Of a stretch of DNA of 37,350 nucleotides, positions 22,247-33,021 are shown in pieces. Numbering within the stretch: position 1 is the stretch's first letter; each line of letters opens with the position of its first letter. The notes beneath the pieces are model-generated. The model saw only the letters and a list, made by a program, of their open reading frames with translations. It did no database searches and was not told the origin of the DNA. The stretch is from assembly GCF_028641065.1 (NCBI RefSeq), contig NW_026575662.1:1-37350 (forward strand), given 5' to 3'. This DNA comes from Leucoraja erinacea. Its lineage: Eukaryota. The position numbers and the translations under genes were made by a program.

Positions 22247-23430
22247 CAAAGACCCTATAGCGAGCAAGATAGGCTACTCCTGCGAAATGCAATGGGCTGA
22301 CGCAAAGATCTTATAGCAGACCTTTGGGCTGACGTGTAGTACGCCACGGAGCGGATCCTGGGCATTTCCCCCCGCCCATTTTAGTAACCGGAACCGACCC
22401 CACTCTCACTGTGATCAACGTTGCGGGGAACAGTTTGTGTGTGATATAGGGTTAGATTCATAATTCTGCCAGTTCATACATCTGTTAATTCTTGTCAATA
22501 ATAATATTTGACTCTGGTAATTGTCCTTTTTAATGTTTTTTAAATCATTTCTTTTTAAATGGCTCACAAGCAGTGTTTTGAGTTGATTTTGTAATAACCG
22601 GGACCTACCCGACCCGACTCGCAGCGCAATCAACGTTGCGGGGGAAGTTTTTGTGTGTGATATAGGGTTAGATTCATAATTCTGTTAGTTCATAATTCTG
22701 TTAATTCTTGTTAAAAAATAAAATGTTTATACATTTGGACTGGTAATATTCTTTTTTTACTGTATTTTAAATCATTTATTTTTAAATGGCATATGCTTTG
22801 AGTATAGAAGTTGGGATGTAATGTTAAAATTGTACAAGGCATTGGTGAGGCCAATTCTGGAGAATGGTGTACAATTTTGGTCGCCTAATTATAGGAAGGA
22901 TGTCAACAAAATAGAGAGAGTACAGAGGAGATTTACTAGAATGTTGCCTGGGTTTCAGCAACTAAGTTACAGAGAAAGGTTGAACAAGTTAGGGCTTTAT
23001 TCTTTGGAGCGCAGAAGGTTAAGGGGGGACTTGATAGAGGTTTTTAAAATGATGAGAGGGATAGACAGAGTTGACGTGGAAAAGCTTTTCCCACTGAGAG
23101 TAGGGAAGATTCAAACAAGGGGACATGACATGAGAATTAAGGGACTGAAGTTTAGGGGTAACATGAGGGGGAACGTCTTTACTCAGAGAGTGGTAGCGGT
23201 GTGGAATGAGCTTCCAGTGAAGGTGGTGGAGGCAGGTTCGTTTTTATCATTTAAAAATAAATTGGATAGTTATATGGATGGGAAGGGAATGGAGGGTTAT
23301 GGTCTGAGCGCAGGTATATGGGACTAGGGGAGATTATGTGTTCGGCACGGACTAGAAGGGTCGAGATGGCCTGTTTCCGTGCTGTAATTGTTATATGGTT
23401 ATATGCTGTGTTTGAGTTGATTTTGTGTTA
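22247..23430 (+). mobile_element. Putative DNA-transposon end (CAAAG terminus) with an internal ~210-bp tandem repeat, split by a CR1 at 22798-23405
   Basis: Starts caaagaccctatagc. Two units (about 22385-22594 and 22595-22797 plus 23405-23427) share taaccgg...atcaacgttgcgggg...tgtgtgtgatatagggttagattcataattctg...tttaaatggc...tttgagttgattttgt. Confidence 0.55.
22798..23405 (+). mobile_element. CR1 family A (A1), 5'-truncated
   Basis: ORF 22821-23327 and tail. Flanked by atatgct at 22791-22797 and 23401-23407. Confidence 0.93.
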
Positions 23431-23744
23431 CACTTGCACTCTGTAATTCATTCATCTAATCACGTTAATGTAATCACACTGTTCACAACTGCAGTATTTG
23501 GGAAAATAATAGCAATACGAAGAAGGGTTCCTACTAGAAATGTCATCTATTCCTTCTCTCCAGAGATGCTGCCTCATGCGCTGAGTTACCTCAGCACTTT
23601 GTGTCTATCTTTAATTAAACCCTATCTTGCACTAAATGTGGATTCCTTTATCCTTTATCTGTACACTGTGGACGGATTGATTGTAATCAAGTTTAAGTCT
23701 TTTCTTTGACTGGATATCAGGTAACAAACAAGTACCTCCATACA

Positions 23745-24237
23745 CCATATAACCATATAACAATTACAGCACGGAAACAGGCCATCTCGACCCTTCTAGT
23801 CCGTGCCGAACACATAATCTCCCCTAGTCCCATATACCTGCGCTCAGACCATAACCCTCCATTCCCTTCCCATCCATATAACTATCCAATTTATTTTTAA
23901 ATGATAAAAACGAACCTGCCTCCACCACTGTCACTGGAAGCTCATTCCACACAGCTACCACTCTCTGAGTAAAGAAGTTCCCCCTCATGTTACCCCTAAA
24001 CTTCAGTCCCTTAATTCTCATGTCATGTCCCCTTGTTTGAATCTTCCCTACTCTCAGTGGGAAAAGCTTTTCCACGTCAACTCTGTCTATCCCTCTCATC
24101 ATTTTAAAAACCTCTATCAAGTCCCCCTTAACCTTCTGCGCTACAAAGAATAAAGCCCTAACTTGTTCAACCTTTCTCTGTAACTTAGTTGCTGAAACCC
24201 AGGTAACATTCTAGTAAATCTCCTCTGTACTCTCTCT
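23745..24237 (-). mobile_element. CR1 family A (A1), 5'-truncated
   Basis: ORF 23824-24120(-) and tail. Confidence 0.92.
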
Positions 24238-24583
24238 ACACGTGACAGTAATAAACTAAACTAAACTAGCTAACCATAACAAATGCCGAATACCATCTGA
24301 TACCATACGATTGAACTTGATAGTAGGGAGATTGATCTGTCAGCAGTCATAAAAACACAAAATACATGAAATTAAAGTGAGGAGTGGAAAGGATTGAGGA
24401 TGTGCAAAGATTGGGAAGGGAGAGGGAAGGGAGTCAGTCTCAGTCTTCCTCATCACAGTTCTCACGCTGCGGGATGGGAGCGTGGCCAGGGTTGTGTGGG
24501 TCTTTGGTGATATTGGCTGCCTCATTGAGGAAGTGGTCCCTTCTGATCTAGTTTACTGCAATAACCCAACTGTTTTATTACAG

Positions 24584-24718
24584 AAAGTGTCACCTCCACT
24601 TCCGCGACTACAACAGGATCTGGGCGGAACAGGCTGATGGATACAGTTATACCCGCATCCCTTTTCCTTATCCTAATCACCATTGGCTTGACCATACTGC
24701 TGACCAAAGGCCTCAGGA
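24584..24718 (+). CDS. Stalk and transmembrane exon of the same receptor
   Basis: Acceptor tgttttattacag| and donor A|gtaagt; 135 nt, phase 1-1. Encodes (E)SVTSTSATTTGSGRNRLMDTVIPASLFLILITIGLTILLTKGLR, a Ser/Thr stalk plus an uncharged hydrophobic run of about 20 aa. Confidence 0.9.
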
Positions 24719-24834
24719 GTAAGTGACCCTTCCTGACTCAGTGAATGGCGGTCAGCATCTAGTGGTAGATCACAAGTTTACTGATGGCATGGCCTCACAT
24801 ACCGAGAGAGAAGGGCAGGTTGCACCAGCACTGT

Positions 24835-24968
24835 GCAGGAAGGAACTGCAGACGCCGGTTTAGAATGAAGATAGACACAAAGAGCGGGAGTAACTCAGTG
24901 GGACAGGCAGCATCTCTGGAGAGAAGGAATTGGTGATGTTTCAGGTCGAGACCCTTCTTCAGACTGAG
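24835..24968 (-). mobile_element. Penelope-like terminal repeat with a hammerhead motif (minus strand)
   Basis: Reverse complement reads agtCTGAAGAagggtctcgacctGAAAcatcacc followed by the family's 3' segment. Confidence 0.65.
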
Positions 24969-25027
24969 AGTCTGGAGCAAAGAATTTATTTTCAATGGTG
25001 TTTAAATTCAAAGTTGTGTGAAGCTTA

Positions 25028-25671
25028 CATAGAAACATAGAAACATAGAAATTAGGTGCAGGAGTAGGCCATTCGGCCCTTCGAGCCTGCACCGACATTC
25101 AATATGATCATGGCTGATCATCCAACTCAGTATCCCGTACCTGCCTTCTCTCCATACCCCCTGATCCCCTTAGCCACAAGGGCCACATCTAACTCCCTCT
25201 TAAATATAGCCAATGAACTGGCCTCAACTACCCTCTGTGGCAGAGAGTTCCAGAGATTCACCACTCTCTGTGTGAAAAAAAAGTTCTTCTCATCTCGGTT
25301 TTAAAGGATTTCCCCTTTATCCTTAAGCTGTGACCCCTTGTCCTGGACTTCCCTAACATCGGGAACAATCTTCCTGCATCTAGCCTGTCCAACCCCTTAA
25401 GAATTTTGTAAGTTTCCATAAGATCCCCTCTCAATCTTCTAAATTCTAGAGAGTATAAAACAAGTCTATCCAGTCTTTCTTCATAAGACAGTCCTGACAT
25501 CCCAGGAATCAGTCTGGTGAACCGTCTCTGCACTCCCTCTATGGCAATAATGTCCTTCCTCAGATTTGGAGACCAAAACTGTACGTAATACTCCAGGTGT
25601 GGTCTCACCAAGACCCTGTACAACTGCAGTAGAACCTCTCTGCTCCTATACTCAAATCCTTTTGCAATGAA
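25028..25671 (-). mobile_element. CR1 family B, 5'-truncated
   Basis: ORF 25258-25773(-), CR1 part FIAKGFEYRS onward, plus tail. Confidence 0.92.
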
Positions 25672-26630
25672 ATTACCTGATCTCCCGGTTGCTAAACACT
25701 TTAATTCCCCTTCCAATTCCCACAATGCCCTTTCCGTCTTGGGTCTCCATTGTTCGAGTGAGGCTAAATACAAATTAGAGGACCAGCTTCACATATTTTG
25801 CATGTGCAGCTTACACCCCAGGGGTGTGAACATTGATTTCTCTAACTTCAAGTAACCCCGGCCTTCCCTCTCTCTCCATCCCTCCCCCACCCAAGTCACA
25901 TCAGCTTTATATTCTCACCTCGCTACACCTAACAATTACCTATTTCCTTTTTCATTGTTACATAGAAACATAGAAACATAGAAAATAGCTGCAGGAGTAG
26001 GCCATTCGGCCCTTCGAGCCTGCATCACCATTCAATATGATCATGGCTGATCATCCAACTCAGTATCCCGTACCTGCCTTCTCTCCATACCCCCTGATCC
26101 CTTTAGCCACAAGGGCCACATCTAACTCCCTCTTAAATATAGCCAATGAACTGTGGCCTCAACTACCTTCTGTGGCAGAGAATTCCAGAATTCCTCTGTG
26201 TGAAAAATGTTTTCCTCATCTCGGTCCTAAAAGATTTCCCCCTTATCCTTAAACTGTGACCCCCTTGTTCTGGACTTCCCCAAAATCTGGAACAATCTTC
26301 CTGCATCTAGCCTGTCCAACCCCTTAAGAATTTTGTAAGTTTCTATAAGATCCCCCCTCAATCTTCTAAATTCTAGCGAGTACAAGCCGAGTCTATCCAG
26401 TCTTTCATCATATGAAAGTCCTGACATCCCAGGAATCACTGGTGAACCTTCTCTGTACTCCCTGTACATTATTTGTATGCATATTTTTCATTCATTTGTT
26501 CTATATCTCTACACCATTGTCTATATATCTCATGTCTCTTTCCTGCGATTTTCAGTCTGAAGAAGGAAACGTCACCTATTGCTTTTCTCATGAGATGCTG
26601 CCTGTCTTGCTGAGTAACTCCAGCTTTATT
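25672..26630 (+). mobile_element. Penelope-like retroelement 3' end (GIY-YIG endonuclease C-terminus plus terminal repeat), split by a CR1 at 25961-26466
   Basis: LPDLPVAKHFNSPSNSHNALSVLGL...KLEDQLHIFCMCSLHPRGVNIDF* matches the PVAxHF...E..I..L..L.PxGxN pattern of PLE endonucleases. Followed by ctgaagaag|gaaacgtc (stem II deleted) near 26557. Confidence 0.75.
25961..26466 (-). mobile_element. CR1 family B, 5'-truncated
   Basis: IPGMSGLSYDERLDRLGL... and tail. Confidence 0.9.
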
Positions 26631-26692
26631 GCATAAACAAGTTTTTTTGAAAGGTAAGACCTAACAGACATGGAAAACTTGATGACGATACT

Positions 26693-27967
26693 GGACTCTT
26701 ATAGAATTTTTCGAGGATGTAACTAGTAGCGTGGATAGGGGAGAACCAGTGGATGTGGTGTATCTGGACTTCCAGAAGGCTTTCGACAAGGTCCCACATA
26801 AGAGATTAGTATACAAACTTAAAGCACACGGCATTGGGGGTTCAGTATTGATGTGGATAGAGAACTGGCTGGCAAACAGGAAGCAAAGAGTAGGAGTAAA
26901 CGGGTCCTTTTCACAATGGCAGGCAGTGACTAGTGGGGTACCGCAAGGCTCGGTACTGGGACCCCAGCTATTTACAATATATATTAATGATCTGGATGAG
27001 GGAATTGAAGGCAATATCTCCAAGTTTGCGGATGACACTAAGCTGGGGGGGCAGTGTTAGCTGTGAGGAGGATGCTAGGATGCAAGGATGCAAGGTGACT
27101 TGGATAGGCTGGGTGAGTGGGCAAATGTTTGGCAGATGCAGTATAATGTGGATAAATGTGAAGTTATCCATTTTGGTGGCAAAAAAAACGGGAAACGGGA
27201 AGCAGACTATTATCTAAATGGTGGCCGATTGGGAAAGGGGGAGATGCAGCGAGACCTGGGTGTCATGGTACACCAGTCATTGAAGGTAGGCATGCAGGTG
27301 CAGCAGGCAGTAAAGAAAGCGAATGGTATGTTAGCTTTCATTGCAAAAGGATTTGAGTATAGGAGCAGGGAGGTTCTACTGCAGTTGTACAGGGTCTTGG
27401 TGAGACCACACCTGGAGTATTGCGTACAGTTTTGGTCTCCAAATCTGAGGAAGGACATTATTGCCATAGAAGGAGTGCAGAGACGGTTCACCAGACTGAT
27501 TCCTGGGATGTCAGGACTGTCTTATGAAGAAAGACTGGATAGACTTGGTTTATACTCTCTAGAATTTAGGAGATTGAGAGGGGATCTTATAGAAACTTAC
27601 AAAATTCTTAAGGGGTTGGACAGGCTAGATGCAGGAAGATTGTTCCCGATGTTAGGAAAGCCCAGGACAAGGGGTCACAGCTTAAGGATAAGGGGGAAAT
27701 CCTTTAAAACCGAGATGAGAAGAACTTTTTTCACACAGAGAGTGGTGAATCTCTGGAACTCTCTGCCACAGAGGGTAGTTGAGGCCAGTTCATTGGCTAT
27801 ATTTAAGAGGGAGTTAGATGTGGCCCTTGTGGCTAAGGGGATCAGGGGGTATGGAGAGAAGGCAGGTACGGGATACTGAGTTGGATGATCAGCCATGATC
27901 ATATTGAATGGTGGTGCAGGCTCGAAGGGCCGAATGGCCTACTCCTGCACCTAGTTTCTATGTTTCT
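26693..27967 (+). mobile_element. CR1 family B, longest copy, including the RT core
   Basis: [24 protein letters not shown] and FADD motifs, one frameshift near 27050-27090, and tail. Confidence 0.95.
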
Positions 27968-27989
27968 GTCTCTATGGACTGGTCTCTGC

Positions 27990-28523
27990 TTAGTTTAGCT
28001 TAGAGATAAGCTCTTCGGCACACCGAGCCCTCTCCGACCAGCGATCCCCGCACACTAATACTATCCTACACACAGGAGGGGCAATTTTATAATTTGACCA
28101 ACCCAATTAGCCTACAAACCTGGGTACACAAAAATGCTGGAGAAACTCAGCGGGTGCAGCAGCATCTATGGAGCGAAGGAAATAGGCGATGTTTCGGGCC
28201 GAAACCCTTCTTCAGACTAAAGAAGGATTTCGGCCCGAAACGTTGCCTATTTACTTCGCTCCATAGATGCTGCTGCACCCGCTGAGTTTCTCCAGCATTT
28301 TTGTGTACCTTCGATCTTCCAGCATCTGCAGTTCCTGCTTGAACATTTAGCCTACAAACCTGCTCGTCATTGGAGTGTAGGAAGAAACCGAAGATCTCGG
28401 AGAAAACCCACGTAGGTTACGGGGAGAACGTACAAACTCCGAACAGACAGCACCCGTAGTCAGGATCGAACCTGCGTCTCTGGTGTTGTAAGGCAGCAAC
28501 TCTACCGCTGCGTCACCGTGCCG
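27990..28523 (-). mobile_element. V-SINE containing a nested palindromic element
   Basis: Reverse complement of the SINE head at about 28460-28523, body, and tail near 27990. Confidence 0.75.
28123..28346. mobile_element. Palindromic Penelope-derived element with opposed hammerhead motifs and a 16-bp TSD
   Basis: About 28123-28309 is a hairpin centred near 28216. ttagcctacaaacctg occurs at 28107-28122 and 28347-28362. Confidence 0.85.
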
Positions 28524-28709
28524 CATCTGGAGAATTTCACCACGTTTTGGCTGCCAATTGTCAAATGGCTCACACTTTCACTTCATCCATCTCTGGCTCC
28601 TTCATTTCTTTATCCACCCCTGGGACTAAATTAGTGACCAATATCCTCCATAAACCTAGAATAAACTCTATATGTGCAACATATTAATCCAGCATTAAAG
28701 TATTGTGTT

Positions 28710-29010
28710 TAGTTTTAGTTTAGTTTAGAGATACAGCACAGAAACAGGCCCTTCGGCCCACTGAGTCCACATTGATCATGTTCCCACTATCCTACACACA
28801 CTAGGGACAATTTACATTTATACCAAGCCAATTAACCTACAAACCTGTCCATCTTTGGAGTGTGGGAGGAAACCAAAGATCTTGGAGAAAACCCGTGCAG
28901 GTCACGGGGCGAACATACAAATTCCGTACAGACAGCACCCGTAGTCAGGATCGAACCCAGGTCCCTGGCGCTGTAGGGCAGTATCTCTACCGCTGCACCA
29001 CCATGCTACC
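28710..29010 (-). mobile_element. V-SINE (HE1-like)
   Basis: Reverse complement of head, central domain and (ctaaa)n tail. Confidence 0.78.
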
Positions 29011-29100
29011 CTGCTTCCTTCATTTAATGGCTACTAATTGGTAAGACTCTGGATAATGCACAATTAGAAATCCTGTTGCTATCTCATTGTTTTATGTCAG

Positions 29101-29180
29101 ATTATTATCGAAGGAGAAAGTCGGACGCCACGGAAGGATTTGTTGCGTTTAACAGAGTTTCACGGCAAGACTTGAACAAG
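29101..29180 (+). CDS. Juxtamembrane cytoplasmic exon
   Basis: Acceptor ctcattgttttatgtcag| and donor AAG|gtaagt; 80 nt, phase 1-0. Encodes (N)YYRRRKSDATEGFVAFNRVSRQDLNK with a basic stop-transfer cluster. Confidence 0.85.
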
Positions 29181-29334
29181 GTAAGTGGGCAGTGGGTTGG
29201 AGCGTGGAGAAATCATTCGCAAAATAAAATCTGCTTCATCAATTGTGTCAAATGACCCCTCTTCCTTGGCCAAACATGTTAGCATCTGGAAGGCAAAGGG
29301 AGTGAATGCGATTCTGGTTGTATACATTTGAGCT

Positions 29335-29520
29335 GCTGGAGCTACTGAAGAAGGATCTCGACCCGAAACATAGTCACCTCTTCCTTTTCTCCAGAGATGC
29401 TGCCTGACCCACTGAGTTGCTCCAGCATTTTGTGCCGAAGCTGCAGGAACTCAGCGTGTCAGGCAGTATCAGGAGAAGGAAATGGACAGTCGACATTTCG
29501 GGTTGGGACCTTTCCTCTGG
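29335..29520. mobile_element. Penelope-like terminal fragments in both orientations
   Basis: ctgaagaaggatctcgacccgaaac...ccagcattttgtg followed by an inverted arm. Confidence 0.6.
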
Positions 29521-29791
29521 ACTATCAGGGTGGGGAGGGGAAAACCAGTAGGGAGTGGGGGGGTGGAAAGAGATGGCACCTGGTCAGTGGATCCAGGTTG
29601 AGAAGGGGATGGGTTGCTGGATATAGTTGAACTGGGTTAAAGAGGGATGGTGATAACAACGGTGGGTGGGATGTGAATGATGGAGGTGACCAGGGGTTGC
29701 AGATGATGGGATCAGATGGGAAGGGAAGGGATGGTGGTGTCTGGGACCAAAGAAGAGAAAGGTGTAGGGATCATGTTAATGAGTGGGAAGG

Positions 29792-30230
29792 GTTAAAATT
29801 GTACAAGGCATTGGTGAGGCCAATGGTGGTTTTGGTCGCCTAATTATAGGACCAAAATAGAGAGAGAGGAGATTTACTAGGCCTGGTTTCAGCAACTAAG
29901 TTAGAGAAGGAACAAGTGCAGGAGCGCAGAAGGTTACTGATAGAGGTTTTTAAAATGATGAAGGGATAGACAGAGTTGACGTGGAAAAGCTTTTCTGGAG
30001 TAGGGAAGATTCTGACAGGGGACAGGATTGAAGGGGTAATGGGGGTCTGACTCAGAGAGTGTCCCTGTGTGGATCCCAAATCGTCACCCATTTTTATCAT
30101 TTAAAGGAGAGGAAGTTGGGTGGGAAGGGAATGGCAATGAGGAGAGGGGCGGAGGGGAGATTATGTGTTCGGTGACTGGGTCGAGATGGCCTGTTTCCGT
30201 GCTGTAATTGTTATATGGGATATGGTTATA
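29792..30230 (+). mobile_element. CR1 family A1-like copy with many microdeletions
   Basis: Collinear short exact blocks of A1 sequence from gttaaaattgtacaaggc to the tail. Confidence 0.75.
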
Positions 30231-30459
30231 GACAAAAAACGCTGGAGTAATCTCATTTAGTTGAAGGGTGGTGAAAAAGGGTGGAACTCATTGCCACCAA
30301 AGGACGAGAAGTTGGAGGCCAATGCCATTAGGAGAGTATATTGGGTGAAAGCAGGTTGATCGACAGATACATTTATTCAGGGTGGTGAAGGGTCATTGCC
30401 ACAGACGTCAAGTGTTATGGACGAGGGGACAGAACCTCATTGAAAGGACTTACCGAAAT

Positions 30460-30790
30460 AGGGGAAAGGCCTGGATAGAGTGGAAGTGGAGAGGATGTTT
30501 CCACTCATGCGAGAGTCCAGGACCAGAGGTCACAGCCTCAAAATTAAAGGACTTTCCTTGAGGAAGGAGATGAGGTGGAAGTTCTTTAGTCAGAGGGTGT
30601 TGAATCTGTGGAATTCATTGCCACAGAAGGCTGTGGAGGTAAGTTAGTAGATATTTTTAAGGCAGAGATAGCTAGAGTGGGTTATGGGGAAAGGCAGGAG
30701 AATGGGGTTGAGAGTGTAAAATAGATCAACCATGATTGAACGGCGGAGTAGATGTGATGGGCTGAATGGTCTAATTCTGCTCCTATGATA
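30460..30790 (+). mobile_element. Older CR1 3' end
   Basis: ggatagagtgga...ttctttagtcagagggtgttgaatctgtggaattcattgcc...gggctgaatggtctaattctgctcc. Confidence 0.75.
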
Positions 30791-31089
30791 TAGGAACATG
30801 AGTTGGGGGGGCGTAAAGTTGTGGGAAAGGAGAGTATGTATGGATGAAAGGGTGGATAGAGGAACAGAGGTGCTTCACGGGATGGGGAGTGGTCTGTTCT
30901 GTTTTAGAGCAGAGGGATCTAGGAGTGCAGGTACAAAGTTCCTTGAAATTGGCTTCACAGCTCAATAAGGCAATCAACAAGGATTTTGCCACATTGGCTT
31001 TCATCAGTCAGAGTACTGAGTATAGAAGTTGGAAGATAGACACAAAAAGCTGGAGTAACTCAGCGGGACAGGAAGCATCCTGTCAGTAT

Positions 31090-31978
31090 GTCAAGGAGGA
31101 CTCTCTCGAACCTCTACAGGTGCACAGCAGAGAGCATGCTGACCGGTTGCATCGTGGCTTGGTTCGGCAACTTGAACGCCCAGGAGCGTAAATGACTGCA
31201 AAAAGTTGTAAACACTGCCCAGTCCATCATCGGCTCTGACCTCCCCACCATCGAGGGGATCTATCGCAGTCGCTGCCTCAAAAAGGCTGGCAGAATCATC
31301 AAAGAGGGGATAGAGCCTTCTCTGTTGCTGCTCCGGCACTCTGGAACACCCTGCCGTTGCACATCATACAGGCCCCCTCACTGTCCATCTTCAAATCCAG
31401 TGTTAAAACGCATTTGTACTCCCTGGCTTTTGACCATGCCTGAGGCTTTGCTTCTGTTTGTGGTGTTTTTGATGTTTCTTTATTTTACATGTCTTTTCCT
31501 ACTATTTCTTTTGATTGTTATTTTTGGTGTGTATTAACTTTTTTGTCAATGATTAGTGATGTACAGCACTTTGTTGCAGCTTTGTTTGTTTTTAAAGTGC
31601 TCTATAAATAAAATTATTATTATTATTATTATAAAGACCCACACCATCCTGGCCACACACTCATCTCTCCGCTGCCTTCAGGTAGAAGGTACAGGAGCCT
31701 GAAATCTGCAACATCCAGGTTCAGTAATAGCTACTTCCCCACAGCCATCAGGCTATTAAACTCAACTCAAACAAACCCTAATCTTTAAATAGCTCATTAC
31801 ACTTTATCTGTTTATTTATGTGTGTGTATATATATATATTCATTGGTGTATGGTCACACTGATCTGGTCTGTTCTGTATTTATTCATGCCTACTATATTC
31901 TGTTGTGCTGAAGCAAAACAAGAATTTCATTGTCCTATATGGGACTCATGACAATAAACTCACTTGAATCTTGAATCT
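31090..31978 (+). mobile_element. Rex1/Babar LINE 3' end split by an L2 at 31306-31632
   Basis: YRCTAESMLTGCIVAWFG...IIKD|PHHPGH...LPSGRRYRS and 3' tgacaataaa. Confidence 0.8.
31306..31632 (+). mobile_element. L2 LINE 3' end
   Basis: Nearly identical to 32683-33000, with (ATT)n tail. Flanked by aaaga at 31301-31305 and 31633-31637. Confidence 0.88.
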
Positions 31979-32344
31979 CTGGAGAGAAGGAATGGGTGGC
32001 GTTTTGGGTCGAGACTCTTCTTCAAACGGATGACACACTCCTTATAGCCATTACCCACTAATTCAGGCTGGTTCTGGTAAACCTCTTCTGTGCTCTTTCC
32101 AAAGCCTCCACATTCTATCTGTACGGGGCGACCAGAACTGCATGCAATACTACAAATGCAGATCAACCAATGTCCTATGAAGCTGCATTATGCAAATCTG
32201 CACTACCCAACTCTTATACGTAATGGCTCGTGCAACGCAGGCAAGCATACCACACCCCTCCTTTACTACTTTGTCTACCTGTGTTGCCATTTACAGGAAG
32301 CTGTGGAGCTGTGAGCTACTGAGATGCAGCACTTGACATTTCTT

Positions 32345-32988
32345 ACACTTTATTACATCTAGGCTGGATTACTGTAACGCGCTCTATTTTGGTGTTGCTC
32401 GTTCTTCACTGGCTCGTCTCCAGTTGGTTCAGAATGCTGCTGCTCGCCTTTTAACAGGGACTCGAAAGACGGAGCACATATCGCCAATTCTGGCCTCCAT
32501 ACACTGGCTCCCGGTGCACTTTCGGATTCATTTTAAGATACTGCTATTTGTTTTTAAATCTCTGAATGGGCTCGCCGCGCCTTACATCTCTGAGCTGCCC
32601 AACCCATACGCTCCTGCCCGGTCCCTCAGGTCAGCTGGTCAGCTGCTCCTGGAGGTACCGAGGTCTAGTCGGAGGCTCAGAGGGGATAGAGCCTTCTCTG
32701 TTGCTGCTCCGGCACTCTGGAACACCCTGCCGTTGCACATCAGACAGGCCCCCTCACTGTCCATCTTCAAATCCAGTGTTAAAACGCATTTGTACTCCCT
32801 GGCTTTTGACCATGCCTGAGGCTTTGCTTCTGTTTGTGGTGTTTTTGATGTTTCTTTATTTTACATGTCTTTTCCTACTATTTCTTTTGATTGTTATTTT
32901 TGGTGTGTATTAACTTTTTTGTCAATGATTAGTGATGTACACCACTTTGTTGCAGCTATGTTTGTTTTTAAAGTGCTCTATAAATAAA

Positions 32989-33021
<33 letters not shown>
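32345..33021 (+). mobile_element. L2 LINE, 5'-truncated
   Basis: SRLDYCNALYFG...LQLVQNAAARLLTG...HWLPVHFRIHFKILL...RAFSVAAPALWNTLP, then AATAAA and (ATT)n. Confidence 0.9.

Noticed and set aside
22385-22797. CRISPR-like or satellite array
   Set aside because: Only two diverged ~210-bp units with no repeat-spacer structure; internal to a putative transposon.
24522-24707. Minus-strand 61-aa ORF
   Set aside because: Antisense shadow of the + strand TM exon, which has proper splice sites.
26731-27879. Reverse transcriptase ORFs as a functional gene or a bacterial-type RT system
   Set aside because: 5'-truncated, frameshifted CR1 ORF2 with no endonuclease domain, in a eukaryotic repeat context.
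16378-27902. Recurring MIMADHPTQYPVPAFSPY... ORFs as a peptide family
   Set aside because: Antisense translation of the CR1 family B 3' end.
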